Assembly (NCBI GenBank): GCA_963790915.1
Contig: CAWBQS010000005.1
Coordinates: 87,579 to 151,578, forward strand
Reading direction: 5' to 3'
Origin: an uncultured Chloroflexia bacterium
GTDB lineage: Bacteria; Chloroflexota; Limnocylindria; Limnocylindrales; CSP1-4
DNA: 64,000 nucleotides
The translations under genes and the position numbers were made by a program. Under the pieces are notes generated by a model. The model ran no database searches, had not been told where the DNA came from, and saw only the letters and a list, made by a program, of their open reading frames with translations. Shown here in pieces: positions 10,580 through 21,202 of this stretch; positions within the stretch are counted from its first letter, which is position 1, and every line of letters begins with the position of its first letter.

Positions 10580-11473
10580 TTACCGCGGGGCGGGGGCCGA
10601 GCCGCGCTCCTCCAGCCTTCGGCCGGCAGCCACGAGCTCGGCGGATCGAGCGACCCGCGCCGCACGCGTCGACGCTCGCCGGGCGGTGGCGATCCAGAGC
10701 AGGAAGGCGCGGCGGGCGGTCGGCGGCAGCGCCTCCCACAGGTCGGCGGCACCAGCACGCTCCGCGAGCGCGGCGGCCAGGTCGTCCGGAACGATCATGT
10801 CCTCGACGGGTTCGAGGAACGTCCAGGTGCCGTCCGCCTTGGCCGCATCGACAGCCGCCCGACCGGCTGGCTCCAGGCGGCCCTGGGCCTCCAGTCGGGC
10901 GATGCGATCGCGATTCGTGCGGGCCCAGAGGCTGCCCTTGCGGCGCGGCGACCACCACAGCATGCCTCGCTCGGCGTCGACCGAGCGGTACGTGGAGTCG
11001 ACCCAGCCGAAGCGCAGCGCCTCGAGCACGGCCTCCTCGTAGGGGATGGCCGGCCGGCCCGAGCGCCGCTTCCACTGGACCAGCCAGACGCCCGTCGGCC
11101 GGGCGTGGTTGTCCGCCAGCCAGGCGCTCCACTGCGCGGTCGTCTCGAGGTGGATGCGCTCACCGGTCGCGACGAGGTCGGGGCGCTGCGGAACGCCTTC
11201 GTCCTCCCCCGCCCCACCGGAGACGGCCGGGATGATGTGCACGACGCTGGCCTCGCCGAGTGGCGCCGCCAGGTCGGCCGGCCGGCCATCGACGAAGGCG
11301 TTGATGTGCGGCCGCAACCGCGGCCCGGGCTGGCAGAGGCGATCCCACGTGCCCGGGTACCGGGCGTCGATCAAACGGATGACCGCCGCCACGTCCGCGG
11401 CATCCACGCGCCAGTGTCGGGGCATGCCCGGGAAGAGCGCGGCAAGCGAACGCGGCATGTGCACCGTGGCCAT
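10580..11473 (-). CDS. Fusion protein: MoaD/ThiS-like beta-grasp domain (internal ...IIPAVSGG) + YdeI/OmpD-associated-family domain
   Basis: ATG 11473 with AGGAG 9 nt upstream, in frame with track ORF 10580..12583. The N-terminal 87 aa are MATVHMPRSLAALFPG...RYPGTWDRL...HINAFVDGRPADLAAPLGEASVVHIIPAVSGG. After an acidic linker comes TAQWSAWLADNHARPTGVWLVQWKRRSGRPAIPYEEAVLEALRFGWVDS...PRRKGSLWARTN (YdeI-like). The second domain has no independent start codon. Confidence 0.7.
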   Translation of the reverse strand: MATVHMPRSLAALFPGMPRHWRVDAADVAAVIRLIDARYPGTWDRLCQPGPRLRPHINAFVDGRPADLAAPLGEASVVHIIPAVSGGAGEDEGVPQRPDLVATGERIHLETTAQWSAWLADNHARPTGVWLVQWKRRSGRPAIPYEEAVLEALRFGWVDSTYRSVDAERGMLWWSPRRKGSLWARTNRDRIARLEAQGRLEPAGRAAVDAAKADGTWTFLEPVEDMIVPDDLAAALAERAGAADLWEALPPTARRAFLLWIATARRASTRAARVARSAELVAAGRRLEERGSAPAPR

Positions 11474-11502
11474 GGCCGGTGGCTCCTGCGACCTCGCGGG
11501 CC

Positions 11503-12583
11503 TCAGGTGTCCAGCTCGAGGACTTCGACGGACGAGATGCCGGGCAGGAAGTCGGCCAGGAGGCCCCAGCTCCGACCCTCGTCGCGGCTGCCGAAGAGCT
11601 GCCCCGTGCTGGTCCCGAAGTACACGCCCACCGGGTCGTGGCGGTCGGTGGCCATGGCGTCGCGCAGCACGCCGAGGTAGGCGCCCGACTGGGGCAGGCC
11701 CTCGCGCTGATCCTGCCAGCTGACGCCCTCGTCGTGGCTCACCCAGACAGCCGCACGCCCGTCGGGCATGTAGCGGCCGTGCTCGGGGGTGCTGAGCGGC
11801 ACGGTCCAGATAGTGCGCGGGTCGTGCGGATGGACGGCCATGGCGAAGCCGAAGTCGGTGGGCAGCCCGGCAGTCGATCTCCTGCCAGCGGCGGCCGGCA
11901 TCGTCGGAGCGGTACACGCCGCAATGGTTCTGCTGGTAGAGGACCTCGGGGCGGTCGGGGTGGAGACCGAACTTGTGCACGCAGAAGCCGGTCTCGACGT
12001 CCTGGTCGGGCATGTAGTCCGCCCGGACCCCGCGGTTGCGAGCCTCCCAGGTGCGACCGCCGTCGGCCGTGTGGAAGACACCCACCGACGAGATGCCCAC
12101 CCACATCCGGGCCGGGTCCGTCGGGTGGGGCACGATGGTGTGCAGGATGAGCCCGCCGTAGCCGGGCTGCCAGTCGGGACGGGAAGGGTGCTCACGCAGG
12201 CCGGCCACGTGCGACCAGGTGGCGCCGCCGTCATCCGAGCGGAAGAGGCCGGCCGGTTCGACGCCGGCATAGATGGCGGTCCCGGCCGCGCGGAGGTGCC
12301 AGACACGCTCGACGGCGGGGACGCCCTCTCCATCGCCATAGGTGAGACCCTCACCGGACTGGCTCCACGTCTCTCCCAGGTCCGTGCTGCGCCAGACGAC
12401 CGGCCCGTACCAGGGACTGCCGGCGGCCGCAAGCAGCGCGCCGCGCGCCTGGTCCCAGGCGACGTGCTGGATGGGCATGGCCTGGCACCACGGCCCGCGC
12501 AGGCCGGCGGGCTCCCGATCGGCATCCAGCTCCAGGCTGAAGGCGCCCTTGCGAGTGCCCAAGAGGATGAGCGTGCGCGCCAT
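11503..12583 (-). CDS. BNR/sialidase-like beta-propeller protein (WD40/YVTN/BNR-like repeat family); one apparent frameshift near 11875
   Basis: ATG 12583 with AAGGAGG upstream. Repeated S/TxDxGxTW motifs: STDLGETW, SDDGGATW, TADGGRTW, SDDAGRRW, SHDEGVSW, SRDEGRSW. The protein continues in a second frame (track ORF 11503..12525) after ...RRWQEID. Deleting one base restores EIDAGLPTDFGFAMAV. Confidence 0.75.
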
Positions 12584-12666
12584 CGCTGCCGACCTCCTTC
12601 GTGGTGATGATCGAGAGCGGCAGTGTAGCCACCCGCGAGCGGCCGGGTCCGCGACGAGTCGGGGCG

Positions 12667-13500
12667 TCAGTCCCGCATGGGTCCGACCCCGACTCGGGCC
12701 ACGCGGCCCGTCGCTGGCCAGCTTTCGGGGCCGCAGATGTAGGCCGGGTCACGCTCCGGCCGCGGGCTGCGCCACGCTCCCCAGTCCTGCGGCCGACGCG
12801 GCAATCGGCCATCCGCGAGGGCCTCGGCTACCCATGCCGCCACGTCAGAGAGGTGCTCCCACGACTGCCACGCCACGCCCTGGGCGTCACACCACCTTGC
12901 GAGGCTGCCCTTGGCGAAGACGACATCGGCGTGCCACGCGGCATATCGGTCACTGGGCCCGTCGCCGATGAAGACGACGGCGCGTCCGGCCGAGCGGTGG
13001 CGGGCCAGCCGCTCCCGCTTGCACGTCCCGCAGTCGTGGCAGACCGGATGGCCGAAGGGGAACGCGACCGCGTCACCCCCACGCCCGGGGACGGCGACGT
13101 TGGTGGCCACGGGCAGGTGCGCCAGGCCAAGACGTCCCAGCAGGCGCTCCACGTGGAAGCCCAGGCCGTCACTGACGATCTCGAAGGCGGCTCCGACCCC
13201 CTCCACGACCTCGACCAGTTGACGGATCGAGGGGTCGAGCGTCACCTCGTCGACAGCAGCCAGCAGGGCATCCCCGTCCAGCTTCAGGGCGTCCATGTCC
13301 CAGGCCGTCAGGTCGCGCGAGCCCATCAGGCCATCGACGTACAGCTGGTCGACGCGGCGCACCTCCTCCTGATCGGGGGCGAACCGAGCGAGCAGGAAGT
13401 CACCCACGTCCTGGCGCGTGATCGTCCCGTCGAAGTCGATGAGGACGCTGAGAGGGGCGCCCGCGGAGTCGAAGGAGGGTCGCTCGGGGGCGCGGCTCAC
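12667..13500 (-). CDS. HAD-IB family phosphatase (MtnX-like)
   Basis: 277 aa with DFDGTIT motif I, a CHDCGTCK motif as in MtnX-type enzymes, and FIGDGPSD motif IV. Confidence 0.75.
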   Translation of the reverse strand: MSRAPERPSFDSAGAPLSVLIDFDGTITRQDVGDFLLARFAPDQEEVRRVDQLYVDGLMGSRDLTAWDMDALKLDGDALLAAVDEVTLDPSIRQLVEVVEGVGAAFEIVSDGLGFHVERLLGRLGLAHLPVATNVAVPGRGGDAVAFPFGHPVCHDCGTCKRERLARHRSAGRAVVFIGDGPSDRYAAWHADVVFAKGSLARWCDAQGVAWQSWEHLSDVAAWVAEALADGRLPRRPQDWGAWRSPRPERDPAYICGPESWPATGRVARVGVGPMRD

Positions 13501-13628
13501 GGGTGCATGCAGGAGCGGTTCATGGATGGGGCACGGAACGAAGCGCAGCTCGCAGCGCCGGCGGTGGCCGCGAGACGACGAAGCCGGGTCGCTGCGACCC
13601 GGCTCCGAGCGGGTTCGGTGCGTTGGCC

Positions 13629-13787
13629 CTAGAGGCCGGGCTCCTGTCCAAGCTCCAGGGCCTCCTCGTCAGCCTCCTCGGTGAGCTTCAGCCAGATGTA
13701 GAGGCCCGCGAGGACCACGAGGGGCACGATGACGGCCGCCGCCATGAGCAGGCCGAGTACCGCAGCGATGAACTTGATCACACCCAT
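13629..13787 (-). CDS. Small (52 aa) single-pass membrane protein, hypothetical
   Basis: ATG 13787 with GAGGAG 9 nt upstream. MGVIKFIAAVLGLLMAAAVIVPLVVLAGLYIWLKL followed by an acidic tail. Confidence 0.35.
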   Translation of the reverse strand: MGVIKFIAAVLGLLMAAAVIVPLVVLAGLYIWLKLTEEADEEALELGQEPGL

Positions 13788-13937
13788 GTGGTCGATCTCC
13801 TCGAGTGGCAGGCGGACCGTGCGCCTGACGGGATATGACGTGTCGATCGGCAAGACGATGGCACGCATGGCCGGAACGTGCAAGTGCGCCCCGTCATGCA
13901 CGCCCTTCGGGCGTTGGCAGCCGCGGTCTTCCGCGGG

Positions 13938-14483
13938 TCAGCGCGCTGGCGCTGCCGGAGACGTCGGCGAAGGCTCCTCTGCCTTGTGCTCGCCTCGCAG
14001 GCCCGGACCCTGGCGGACCATCGAGGAGAGGTCCTCCGGGGTGAACTCCACGAGCTGGTGGCGAGCGCCCTGCCGCGTGCTCATGAGCAGGCGCAGCACG
14101 TAGGCACCGTCCTGTTCGAAGAAGAAGATGTCGCGCGGCTTCTGGTCGTCGATGTAGCGGCCGACGACGCGCAGGGCGCGCTCGTAGCCTCCGGCCACCG
14201 GCGAGCCATCGTTCGCGGGGGCGGGCCGACGACGCGCGTGCGCATCCTCGAGGAAGCGCACGATGTCCTCGTCGAGGAACGTGTAGGTCTCCTTCGTGAT
14301 CGCGATCGATGGGTCCTGCCAGGCGGAGCCCGAGCGGGTGTGACCCGCGAGACCCTGCAGGATGAAGCCATCGGGCGCCTCGGCGAGCAGGATCTCACGA
14401 AGACCGCGCTGGTCGATGAAGGCGCCGATGGAGCGCAGGACCTCCTCGTAGTCCTGGCGTGGACTCCCTTCGTAGATGCGCAT
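13938..14483 (-). CDS. Hypothetical protein with internal two-fold repeat
   Basis: ATG 14483 with GGAGAA upstream, in frame with track ORF 13938..14732. High GC3. The two halves align: YEEVLRSIGAFIDQRGLREILLAEAPDGFILQGL / YERALRVVGRYIDDQKPRDIFFFEQDGAYVLRLL. Confidence 0.55.
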   Translation of the reverse strand: MRIYEGSPRQDYEEVLRSIGAFIDQRGLREILLAEAPDGFILQGLAGHTRSGSAWQDPSIAITKETYTFLDEDIVRFLEDAHARRRPAPANDGSPVAGGYERALRVVGRYIDDQKPRDIFFFEQDGAYVLRLLMSTRQGARHQLVEFTPEDLSSMVRQGPGLRGEHKAEEPSPTSPAAPAR

Positions 14484-14827
14484 CGAGGTTCTCCGTGGTC
14501 CTCCCGGTCGATGACTCCGCCAGCACCCGGTTCGCAGGCACACGGCATCGGAGCGAGGCAGCCAAGACGATAGCCTCGTCCCGGTCGGCTGGCAAGGAAC
14601 GTCCGGGCGGATCGGACCGGTACTGTCGTCAGGGTCCGCGTCCCAGCCTGATGGTCCGGACCCCAGCCCTCCTGTACCAGGGCGCGCGCGCACCGGAACG
14701 CATGGCGGTGGCTGGACGGCCATGGGTCCCACGCGTACGATGTGACCTTCGGCTCATGGTCATGAGGCCACTCGGCCCATCCGGGCAGGGCACGGGACGG
14801 GTGCCGACCGACACGAGGAGAGGAGTC

Positions 14828-15196
14828 ATGCGCACGATCCCCATCGCACTGGCTGCCGCATCCCTGGTCGCTGCAGTGGCGGCGCCGGCGCTTGCGACCA
14901 GGCCCACGGACCCGGATGTCGTGGGCGACGGCCACCGGGTGACCATCTGTCACGCCACCAGCAGCCACAACCCTGACCACTACTGGAACGAGATCACCGT
15001 CGACATCGCCAGCAGCGGTGGGCTCACGAAGCTCATGGGCCACCGCGAGCATGCGCTCGGTGAGCCGAACAACCGCGGACGGACGGACGTCATCCCCGCC
15101 TTCATGTATGACGGCGAGGCGTACGGCCCATACGGTGACGACGACCAGGAAGGCCTGCCCGAGGCCTGCCAGGGCGAGGAGTACCAGGACAACTAG
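14828..15196 (+). CDS. Small secreted protein, hypothetical
   Basis: ATG 14828 after AGGAGAGGAG. Signal peptide [44 protein letters not shown] motif and an acidic C-terminus. Confidence 0.6.
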   Translation: MRTIPIALAAASLVAAVAAPALATRPTDPDVVGDGHRVTICHATSSHNPDHYWNEITVDIASSGGLTKLMGHREHALGEPNNRGRTDVIPAFMYDGEAYGPYGDDDQEGLPEACQGEEYQDN

Positions 15197-15449
15197 GGCG
15201 CACCGCACGCGCCACAGCGACAGCCATGAGGGCCGTCCGGTCGGACGGCCCTCGCCGAGCTGCAGGTTGGCGAGGCTGCTCCGTCGCACACGAGCGAGGG
15301 TAGCGCGCACGGTCGGGCGTGGCCGGGCGGCCGGTATGATGGGCCCCCAGAGCCACCCGCCCACACCCGGTCGACGATCTCGTCCTCCGGGAGCCATGCC
15401 GCCGGTCCGGCCGATGTCCCGACCACGGCGCCTCGAGGAGCACGCATCC

Positions 15450-17546
15450 GTGACCGGCACCGCACCGACCATCGACCCCCAGCTGGCCGTCAACACCATC
15501 CGGGCCCTCGCCATCGACGGCGTCCAGCAGGCCAACAGCGGGCATCCCGGCGCACCCATGGGCGCGGCTCCCATGACCTACGCCCTGTGGACGGGCTTCC
15601 TTCGCCACGCCCCGGGCCGGCCGGACTGGTTCGACCGTGACCGCTTCGTGCTCTCCGCAGGGCACGCCAGCATGCTGCTCTACTCGATGCTCCACCTGAC
15701 CGGCTACGGCCTGCCGCTCGAGGAGCTCAAGCGCTTCCGCCAGCTGGATTCCCTGACCCCGGGCCACCCCGAGTACGGCCTGACGCCCGGAGTCGAGGCC
15801 ACCACGGGTCCCCTCGGGCAGGGCTTCTGCAACGGCGTGGGCATGGCCATCGCCGAGCGCCGCCTGGCCGAGGAGTTCGATCGACCCGGCCACGCCATCG
15901 TCGACCACTGGACCTACGTGCTCTGCTCGGACGGCGATCTCCAGGAGGGCGTCACGGCGGAGGCGGCCAGCCTGGCCGGACACCTGAAGCTGGGCAAGCT
16001 CGTGGTCCTCTACGACGACAATGACATCCAGCTCGACGGCCCCACGAAGATGGCCTGGTCGGAGGACGTCCTGGCCCGCTTCGCGGCGTACGGCTGGCAC
16101 ACGCAGCGCGTCGACGATGGCAACGACCTTGGCGCCATCTCCGCCGCCATCAGCGCGGCCCGAGCGGACGAGCGGCCCTCGATCATCTCCGTGCGCACCA
16201 TCATCGCCTTCGGCTCCCCGCACAAGGCAGGCACCTCGGAGGCCCACGGCGCGCCGCTGGGCGCCGACGAGGTGCGCCTGACCAAGGAGGCGTACGGCCT
16301 GGACCCTGAGCGCAGCTTCGACGTCCGTCCGGACGTGGCAGCGCACTTCCGGGCGGCGGTGGGCGCCGGTGAGGAGCTCGTGCGCGACTGGGAGGAGCGC
16401 CTGGAGACCTACGCCGCCGACTTCCCCGCCCAGGCCGCTGAGCTGCGCCGTCGCATCGCCGGCCAGCTGCCGCAGGACTGGGACGCGGACCTGCCGAGCT
16501 ACGCCGTGGGCGATGGCCTGGCCACGCGCAACGCCTCGAAGAACGCCCTGCAGGCGCTCAAGGGCCGCCTGCCGGAGCTCATCGGCGGTTCCGCGGACCT
16601 CTCCGGCTCCAACCTCACCGACCTCTCCGGCGAGGCTGACTTCAGCGCCACCGAGGCGGGCCGTAACATCCGCTTCGGCGTGCGCGAGCACGCCATGGGC
16701 GCCATCGCCAACGGCATCGCCTACCACGGCGGCCTGCTGCCCTTCGTGGGCACCTTCCTCGTCTTCAGCGACTACATGCGCGGCTCCGTGCGCGTGGCGG
16801 CACTCTCGGGGCTGCGCGTCACCTACGTCTGGACGCATGACTCGGTGGGCGTGGGCGAGGACGGGCCCACGCACCAGCCGGTCGAGCACTACGCCGCCCT
16901 GCGGGCCATCCCCGGACTCACGTTCGTGCGCCCCGGCGACCCCAACGAGACCTCGGCCGCCTGGGCCCTGGCCGTGGAGCACCGCGGCGGACCGGTGGCG
17001 CTCGCCCTCTCCCGCCAGAAGCTGCCCGTGCAGCCCGGCACCGCGGAGCTGGCGCGCGCCGGCGTGCGCTCGGGCGCCTACGTCCTGGCCGAGGCCGTCA
17101 CCGTGGATGGCACGGTCACCGGCCCGGAGCTCATCCTCATCGCCAGCGGCTCCGAGGTGGCCCTGGCCATGGCCGTCCGCGAGACGCTCACCGCGGAGGG
17201 CGTGCGCACGCGCGTCGTCTCCATGCCCAGCTGGGAACGGTTCACGGCGCAGCCGGCGGCCTATCGCGACGAGGTCCTGCCGCGCGACGTCCGCGCCCGC
17301 GTCAGCATCGAGGCCGGCGTCTCGCTGGGCTGGGAACGCTGGGTGGGCGATGGCGGCGCCATCGTCGCCGTTGACCGCTTCGGCCTCTCGGCTCCTGCCG
17401 AGCAGGCCTTCGAACGCCTCGGCCTGACCACCGAGGCCGTCACGCAGGTGGCTCGCGGCGTCATCGCCGGCGAGGTGCGTGGCGTCGTCTCGGCCGCCAG
17501 CTCGCATGGCGGCGGCACCACCCTGGCAGCCGTGGAGGCGCGCTGA
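15450..17546 (+). CDS. tkt: Transketolase
   Basis: GTG 15450 after GAGGAG, in frame with track ORF 15018..17546. [27 protein letters not shown](Y)G, GDGDLQEG, and [19 protein letters not shown]. Confidence 0.95.
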   Translation: MTGTAPTIDPQLAVNTIRALAIDGVQQANSGHPGAPMGAAPMTYALWTGFLRHAPGRPDWFDRDRFVLSAGHASMLLYSMLHLTGYGLPLEELKRFRQLDSLTPGHPEYGLTPGVEATTGPLGQGFCNGVGMAIAERRLAEEFDRPGHAIVDHWTYVLCSDGDLQEGVTAEAASLAGHLKLGKLVVLYDDNDIQLDGPTKMAWSEDVLARFAAYGWHTQRVDDGNDLGAISAAISAARADERPSIISVRTIIAFGSPHKAGTSEAHGAPLGADEVRLTKEAYGLDPERSFDVRPDVAAHFRAAVGAGEELVRDWEERLETYAADFPAQAAELRRRIAGQLPQDWDADLPSYAVGDGLATRNASKNALQALKGRLPELIGGSADLSGSNLTDLSGEADFSATEAGRNIRFGVREHAMGAIANGIAYHGGLLPFVGTFLVFSDYMRGSVRVAALSGLRVTYVWTHDSVGVGEDGPTHQPVEHYAALRAIPGLTFVRPGDPNETSAAWALAVEHRGGPVALALSRQKLPVQPGTAELARAGVRSGAYVLAEAVTVDGTVTGPELILIASGSEVALAMAVRETLTAEGVRTRVVSMPSWERFTAQPAAYRDEVLPRDVRARVSIEAGVSLGWERWVGDGGAIVAVDRFGLSAPAEQAFERLGLTTEAVTQVARGVIAGEVRGVVSAASSHGGGTTLAAVEAR

Positions 17547-19277
17547 TGGACACGACCCTGACCCTCCCCGCCGCCCTGCAGGCCGCCGTGGACGCGGTCC
17601 TGCAGCGCGCCATCGCCGAGCGCTGGGCCAGCCGACTGTGGGACCGCGACACCAGCCTCTGGAGCAGCGATCCCGCCGTCCAGGAGCGGATCCGGGACCG
17701 GCTCGGCTGGCTGGGCGCGCCGGCAGCCTTCCAGGCCGATGCGGCGGAGCTCACCGCCTTCGGCGAGGCGGTCGAAGCCGAGGGCTACACCGACGCCGTG
17801 GTCATGGGCATGGGCGGCTCGTCGCTGGCCCCGGAGGTCATCAGCCTGGTCTACCCGGAGTCGGACAAGGGCCTCAAGGTCCATGTCCTCGATTCCACCC
17901 ACCCGGAGGCCGTGGCCAGCCTGGACGCGGCGCTCGACCCGGCGCGGACCATCCGCGTCGTGGCCACCAAGTCGGGCACTACGACGGAGACGCTGGCCTT
18001 CCTGGCGCACGCCTGGGAGCGCGAGGAGCACCGCGTGGGACGCTTCCCGCACAGCAAGGCTGGCAACAGCTTCGTCTCCATCTGCGACCCCGGTGCGCCG
18101 CTGGCGGCCATCCCGCACTCGGAGCACTTCCGCGAGACGTTCCTCAACCCGGCCGACGTGGGCGGTCGCTACAGCGCCCTGACCAACGTGGGCCTCGTGC
18201 CGGCGGCCCTCCTGCGCCTGGACATCGAGGCGCTCCTCGACGACGCCCGCATCATGGCCGAGCAGACGCGCGCCGACAGTGCGGAGAACCCGGCGCTGGT
18301 GCTGGGTGTCGCCATGGCCGCCCTGGCGCAGGCCGGCCGGGACAAGCTCACCTTCGTCATCGAACCGGACCTCGCCTCGCTGGGTGCCTGGCTGGAGCAG
18401 CTCATCGCGGAATCCACGGGCAAGCAGGGCGTGGGCGTCGTACCCGTCGACGGCGAGCCGCTGGGCGCGCCCGGCGTCTACGGCGACGATCGCGTCTTCG
18501 TGCGTCTTGGCCCAGCCGGTGACGAGGAGTGGCACGCCTCGATCGACGGCCCCATGGCCGCCCTCTCGGCGGCCGGTCACCCCATCATCGACCTCCGCCT
18601 CGACGACGCCTCCTGGGTCGCCGCCGAGTTCTTCCGCTGGGAGTTCGCCACCGCCGTGGCCGGCATCGGTCTCGGCGTCAACCCCTTCGACGAGCCCAAC
18701 GTGACGGAATCGAAGCGCAACACGGCGGCCGTCCTGGAGGACTACCGGAGCCAGGGACACCTGCCGGTCGTGGCGCCGGCCGCAGAGCGCGGCGCCCTGC
18801 GGGCGTGGACGCAGCTCGGAGCGGACGGCCTGCCGCTTGACCGCGGGGACCTGGTGGCAGCGCTGCGCGGCCACCTCGCCCGGGTGCCCGCCGTGGGCTA
18901 CTTCCAGGTGGGCGCATACATCGCGCCCACGGCCGCGCGCATCGGAGCGCCTGCGCGCCATCCAGGCGCGGCTCCGCGATGCCACGGGCCGCGCCTCCAC
19001 GCTGGGCTACGGGCCGCGCTTCCTGCACTCCACCGGTCAGCTCCACAAGGGCGGCGCGCCCATCGGCTGCTTCATCCAGCTCACCGGCGGTGGGTCGCCG
19101 GACGTCGCCATCCCGGGTCGTCGGGAATCCTTCGATGTCCTCGTGCGGGCCCAGGCCCTGGGCGACTTCGAAGCCTTCGGGGCCCACGACCTGCCGGCCA
19201 TCCGTATCGACCTCGGGGCGGACGTGGACGCCGGGCTGGCCGAGCTGGAGGAGGCGCTCACCGAGGCGCTGGCCTGA
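17546..19277 (+). CDS. pgi: Glucose-6-phosphate isomerase (type found in Tal-Pgi-like enzymes); apparent frameshift near 18944
   Basis: The start overlaps the tkt stop (TGATG). MGMGGSSLAPEV, ATKSGTTTET, and GGRYSALTNVG. The C-terminal 110 aa (ERLRAIQARLRDATGRASTLGYGPRFLHSTGQLHKGG...) lie in the next frame (track ORF 18837..19277). Deleting one G in atcggagcgc restores continuity. Confidence 0.85.
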
Positions 19278-19309
19278 TGGCAGCACGAGCGTAGCGGGGG
19301 GAAGCGACC

Positions 19310-21202
19310 ATGGCCGGGCGTGCCACGGGGAGGACACGGCGGGCGGCGCCCGCGCCTGCGCGATCCGACGATACGACAGCGGAGGCCGTCGAGCCGGCGG
19401 CTGCGCCATCCGACGACCCCACGCCGCAGGCCGGCGAGCCCGCGGCGTCCGCCCAACCCCAGCCGGCGCCCCGGCGGCGCCGCACGTCCAGCACGGCGTC
19501 ACGCGACGGCGGTGACGGCGCGGGCACGGCATCGCGCCGCTCCAGCGATCCGCAGGCGGCTCGCCATGTCATGCACCGCGGCGCGGAGCTGGACGCCGCG
19601 GATGTCAACCCGTTACGCCAGGGAACGCGCCTGGAGCGCGTGCCGGATCCCTGCCTGGTGGTCATCTTCGGCGCCACGGGCGACCTCTCGCACCGCAAGA
19701 TCCTGCCGGCCTTCTACAACCTTCGGCGCGCCGGCCTGCTGCCCGCGGAGACGAGCATCGTGGGCTACTCGCGGCGACCGTATTCGGACACGGACTTCGC
19801 CGCGGAGATGCGCCAGGCGGTCACGGAGCACTCGCGCAACCGCGTGGAGTCGGCGCTCTGGGAGGACTTCGCGGACACCATCCACTACCAGCAGGGTGAC
19901 TTCAAGGACCCCGCGGCCTACACCCGGCTGGCCGAGCGCCTGGACCAGATCGACTCGGCCATGGGCTGTCGCGGCAACCGGCTCTTCTACCTCGCCACGC
20001 CGCCCTCCGCGTACGAGGACATCGTGGCCAACCTCGGGGCAGCTGGCCTGGCCGATCGGACGGGCTCCTGGTCGCGCATCGTCATCGAGAAGCCCTTCGG
20101 GCACGACCTGGCCTCCGGCCGGCAGCTCAACGACTCCGTCATGTCCGTCTTCGACGAGTCGCAGGTCTACCGCATCGACCACTACCTGGGCAAGGACACC
20201 GTCCGCAACCTGCTCGTGTTCCGCTTCGCCAATGGCATCTTCGAGCCCGTCTGGAACCGGCGCTACGTGGACCACGTGCAGATCACCGTGGCCGAGGACC
20301 TCGGCGTGGAGGGCCGCGGCGCCTTCTACGAGGAGGCCGGCGCCAGCCGCGACATCCTCCAGAACCACATGCTGCAGCTCCTCAGCCTGGTGGCCATGGA
20401 ACCGCCCATCGACCTCGAGGCTGACGCCCTGCGCGACGAGAAGGTGCGCGTCCTGCGCGCCGTCGACACGGCCTGGACGCCGGGCCGTGTCCGCAACGAC
20501 GTCGTGCGCGGGCAGTACCGCAGCGGCTGGGTGGCGGACCGCAAGGTGGTCGGCTACCGCGAGGAACCGGACGTCGCACCTCATTCCAGCGTGGAGACCT
20601 ACGTCGCACTGCGCCTGGAGGTGGAGAACTGGCGCTGGGCCGGTGTGCCCTTCTACCTGCGCGTTGGCAAGCACCTGCCGCGGCGGGCCACGGAGATCGC
20701 CATCCAGTTCAACCGGCCGCCGCTGACGCTCTTCCGGGAGAGCGCCTCGGACCCTGAACCCAACATGCTGGCCATGCGCATCCAGCCGGATGAGGGCATC
20801 CTGCTGCGCTTCGCTGCCAAGGTGCCGGACCTGGGCCTGGACGTGCGCAGCGTCAACATGGACTTCACCTACGGCTCGACCTTCCTGACGGACGCCCCGG
20901 AGGCCTACGAGACGCTGCTCCTGGACGCCATGCTCGGCGACGCCTCGTTGTTCACCCGCGCCGACGAGGTGGAGGCCGCCTGGAGCCTGGTGACCCCCCT
21001 CGATGAGCTGTGGCACGAATGGGGCGGTGGCGGCGGCGAGACGCGCGGCAGCGACGCCCGCAAGGGTGCATCGGGTCGGGGCAGCCGCGTCACGGCCGGC
21101 AAGCTCGACGGCAGCCTGCAACCGTACGAGGCAGGCAGCTGGGGGCCGGCGGCGGCGGATCGACTCCTGGAGCGTGACGGGCGGCGATGGCGACGCCTGT
21201 GA
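19310..21202 (+). CDS. zwf: Glucose-6-phosphate 1-dehydrogenase
   Basis: VIFGATGDLSHRKILPAFYNL, RIDHYLGKDTV, and ILQNHMLQLL. The first 87 codons are low-complexity (Ala/Pro/Arg/Ser). ATG 19571 is an alternative start. Confidence 0.93.
   Translation: MAGRATGRTRRAAPAPARSDDTTAEAVEPAAAPSDDPTPQAGEPAASAQPQPAPRRRRTSSTASRDGGDGAGTASRRSSDPQAARHVMHRGAELDAADVNPLRQGTRLERVPDPCLVVIFGATGDLSHRKILPAFYNLRRAGLLPAETSIVGYSRRPYSDTDFAAEMRQAVTEHSRNRVESALWEDFADTIHYQQGDFKDPAAYTRLAERLDQIDSAMGCRGNRLFYLATPPSAYEDIVANLGAAGLADRTGSWSRIVIEKPFGHDLASGRQLNDSVMSVFDESQVYRIDHYLGKDTVRNLLVFRFANGIFEPVWNRRYVDHVQITVAEDLGVEGRGAFYEEAGASRDILQNHMLQLLSLVAMEPPIDLEADALRDEKVRVLRAVDTAWTPGRVRNDVVRGQYRSGWVADRKVVGYREEPDVAPHSSVETYVALRLEVENWRWAGVPFYLRVGKHLPRRATEIAIQFNRPPLTLFRESASDPEPNMLAMRIQPDEGILLRFAAKVPDLGLDVRSVNMDFTYGSTFLTDAPEAYETLLLDAMLGDASLFTRADEVEAAWSLVTPLDELWHEWGGGGGETRGSDARKGASGRGSRVTAGKLDGSLQPYEAGSWGPAAADRLLERDGRRWRRL

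Noticed and set aside
10410-11132. N-terminal 240 codons of track ORF 9543..11132, which would make a 529-aa TadE-like protein.
   Set aside because: That part is Arg/Gly/Pro-rich, overlaps the well-supported MoaD::YdeI gene in another frame, and crosses an AT-rich promoter region. A GTG with a good ribosome-binding site at 10409 gives a normal TadE N-terminus.
10580-12583. Single 667-aa protein as listed in the ORF track.
   Set aside because: The middle ~130 residues are nonsense (Arg/Pro/Gly-rich). They result from reading the BNR gene out of frame past its frameshift. The BNR C-terminus is in another frame and ends at 11503, and a separate ribosome-binding site plus ATG at 11473 starts the downstream gene.
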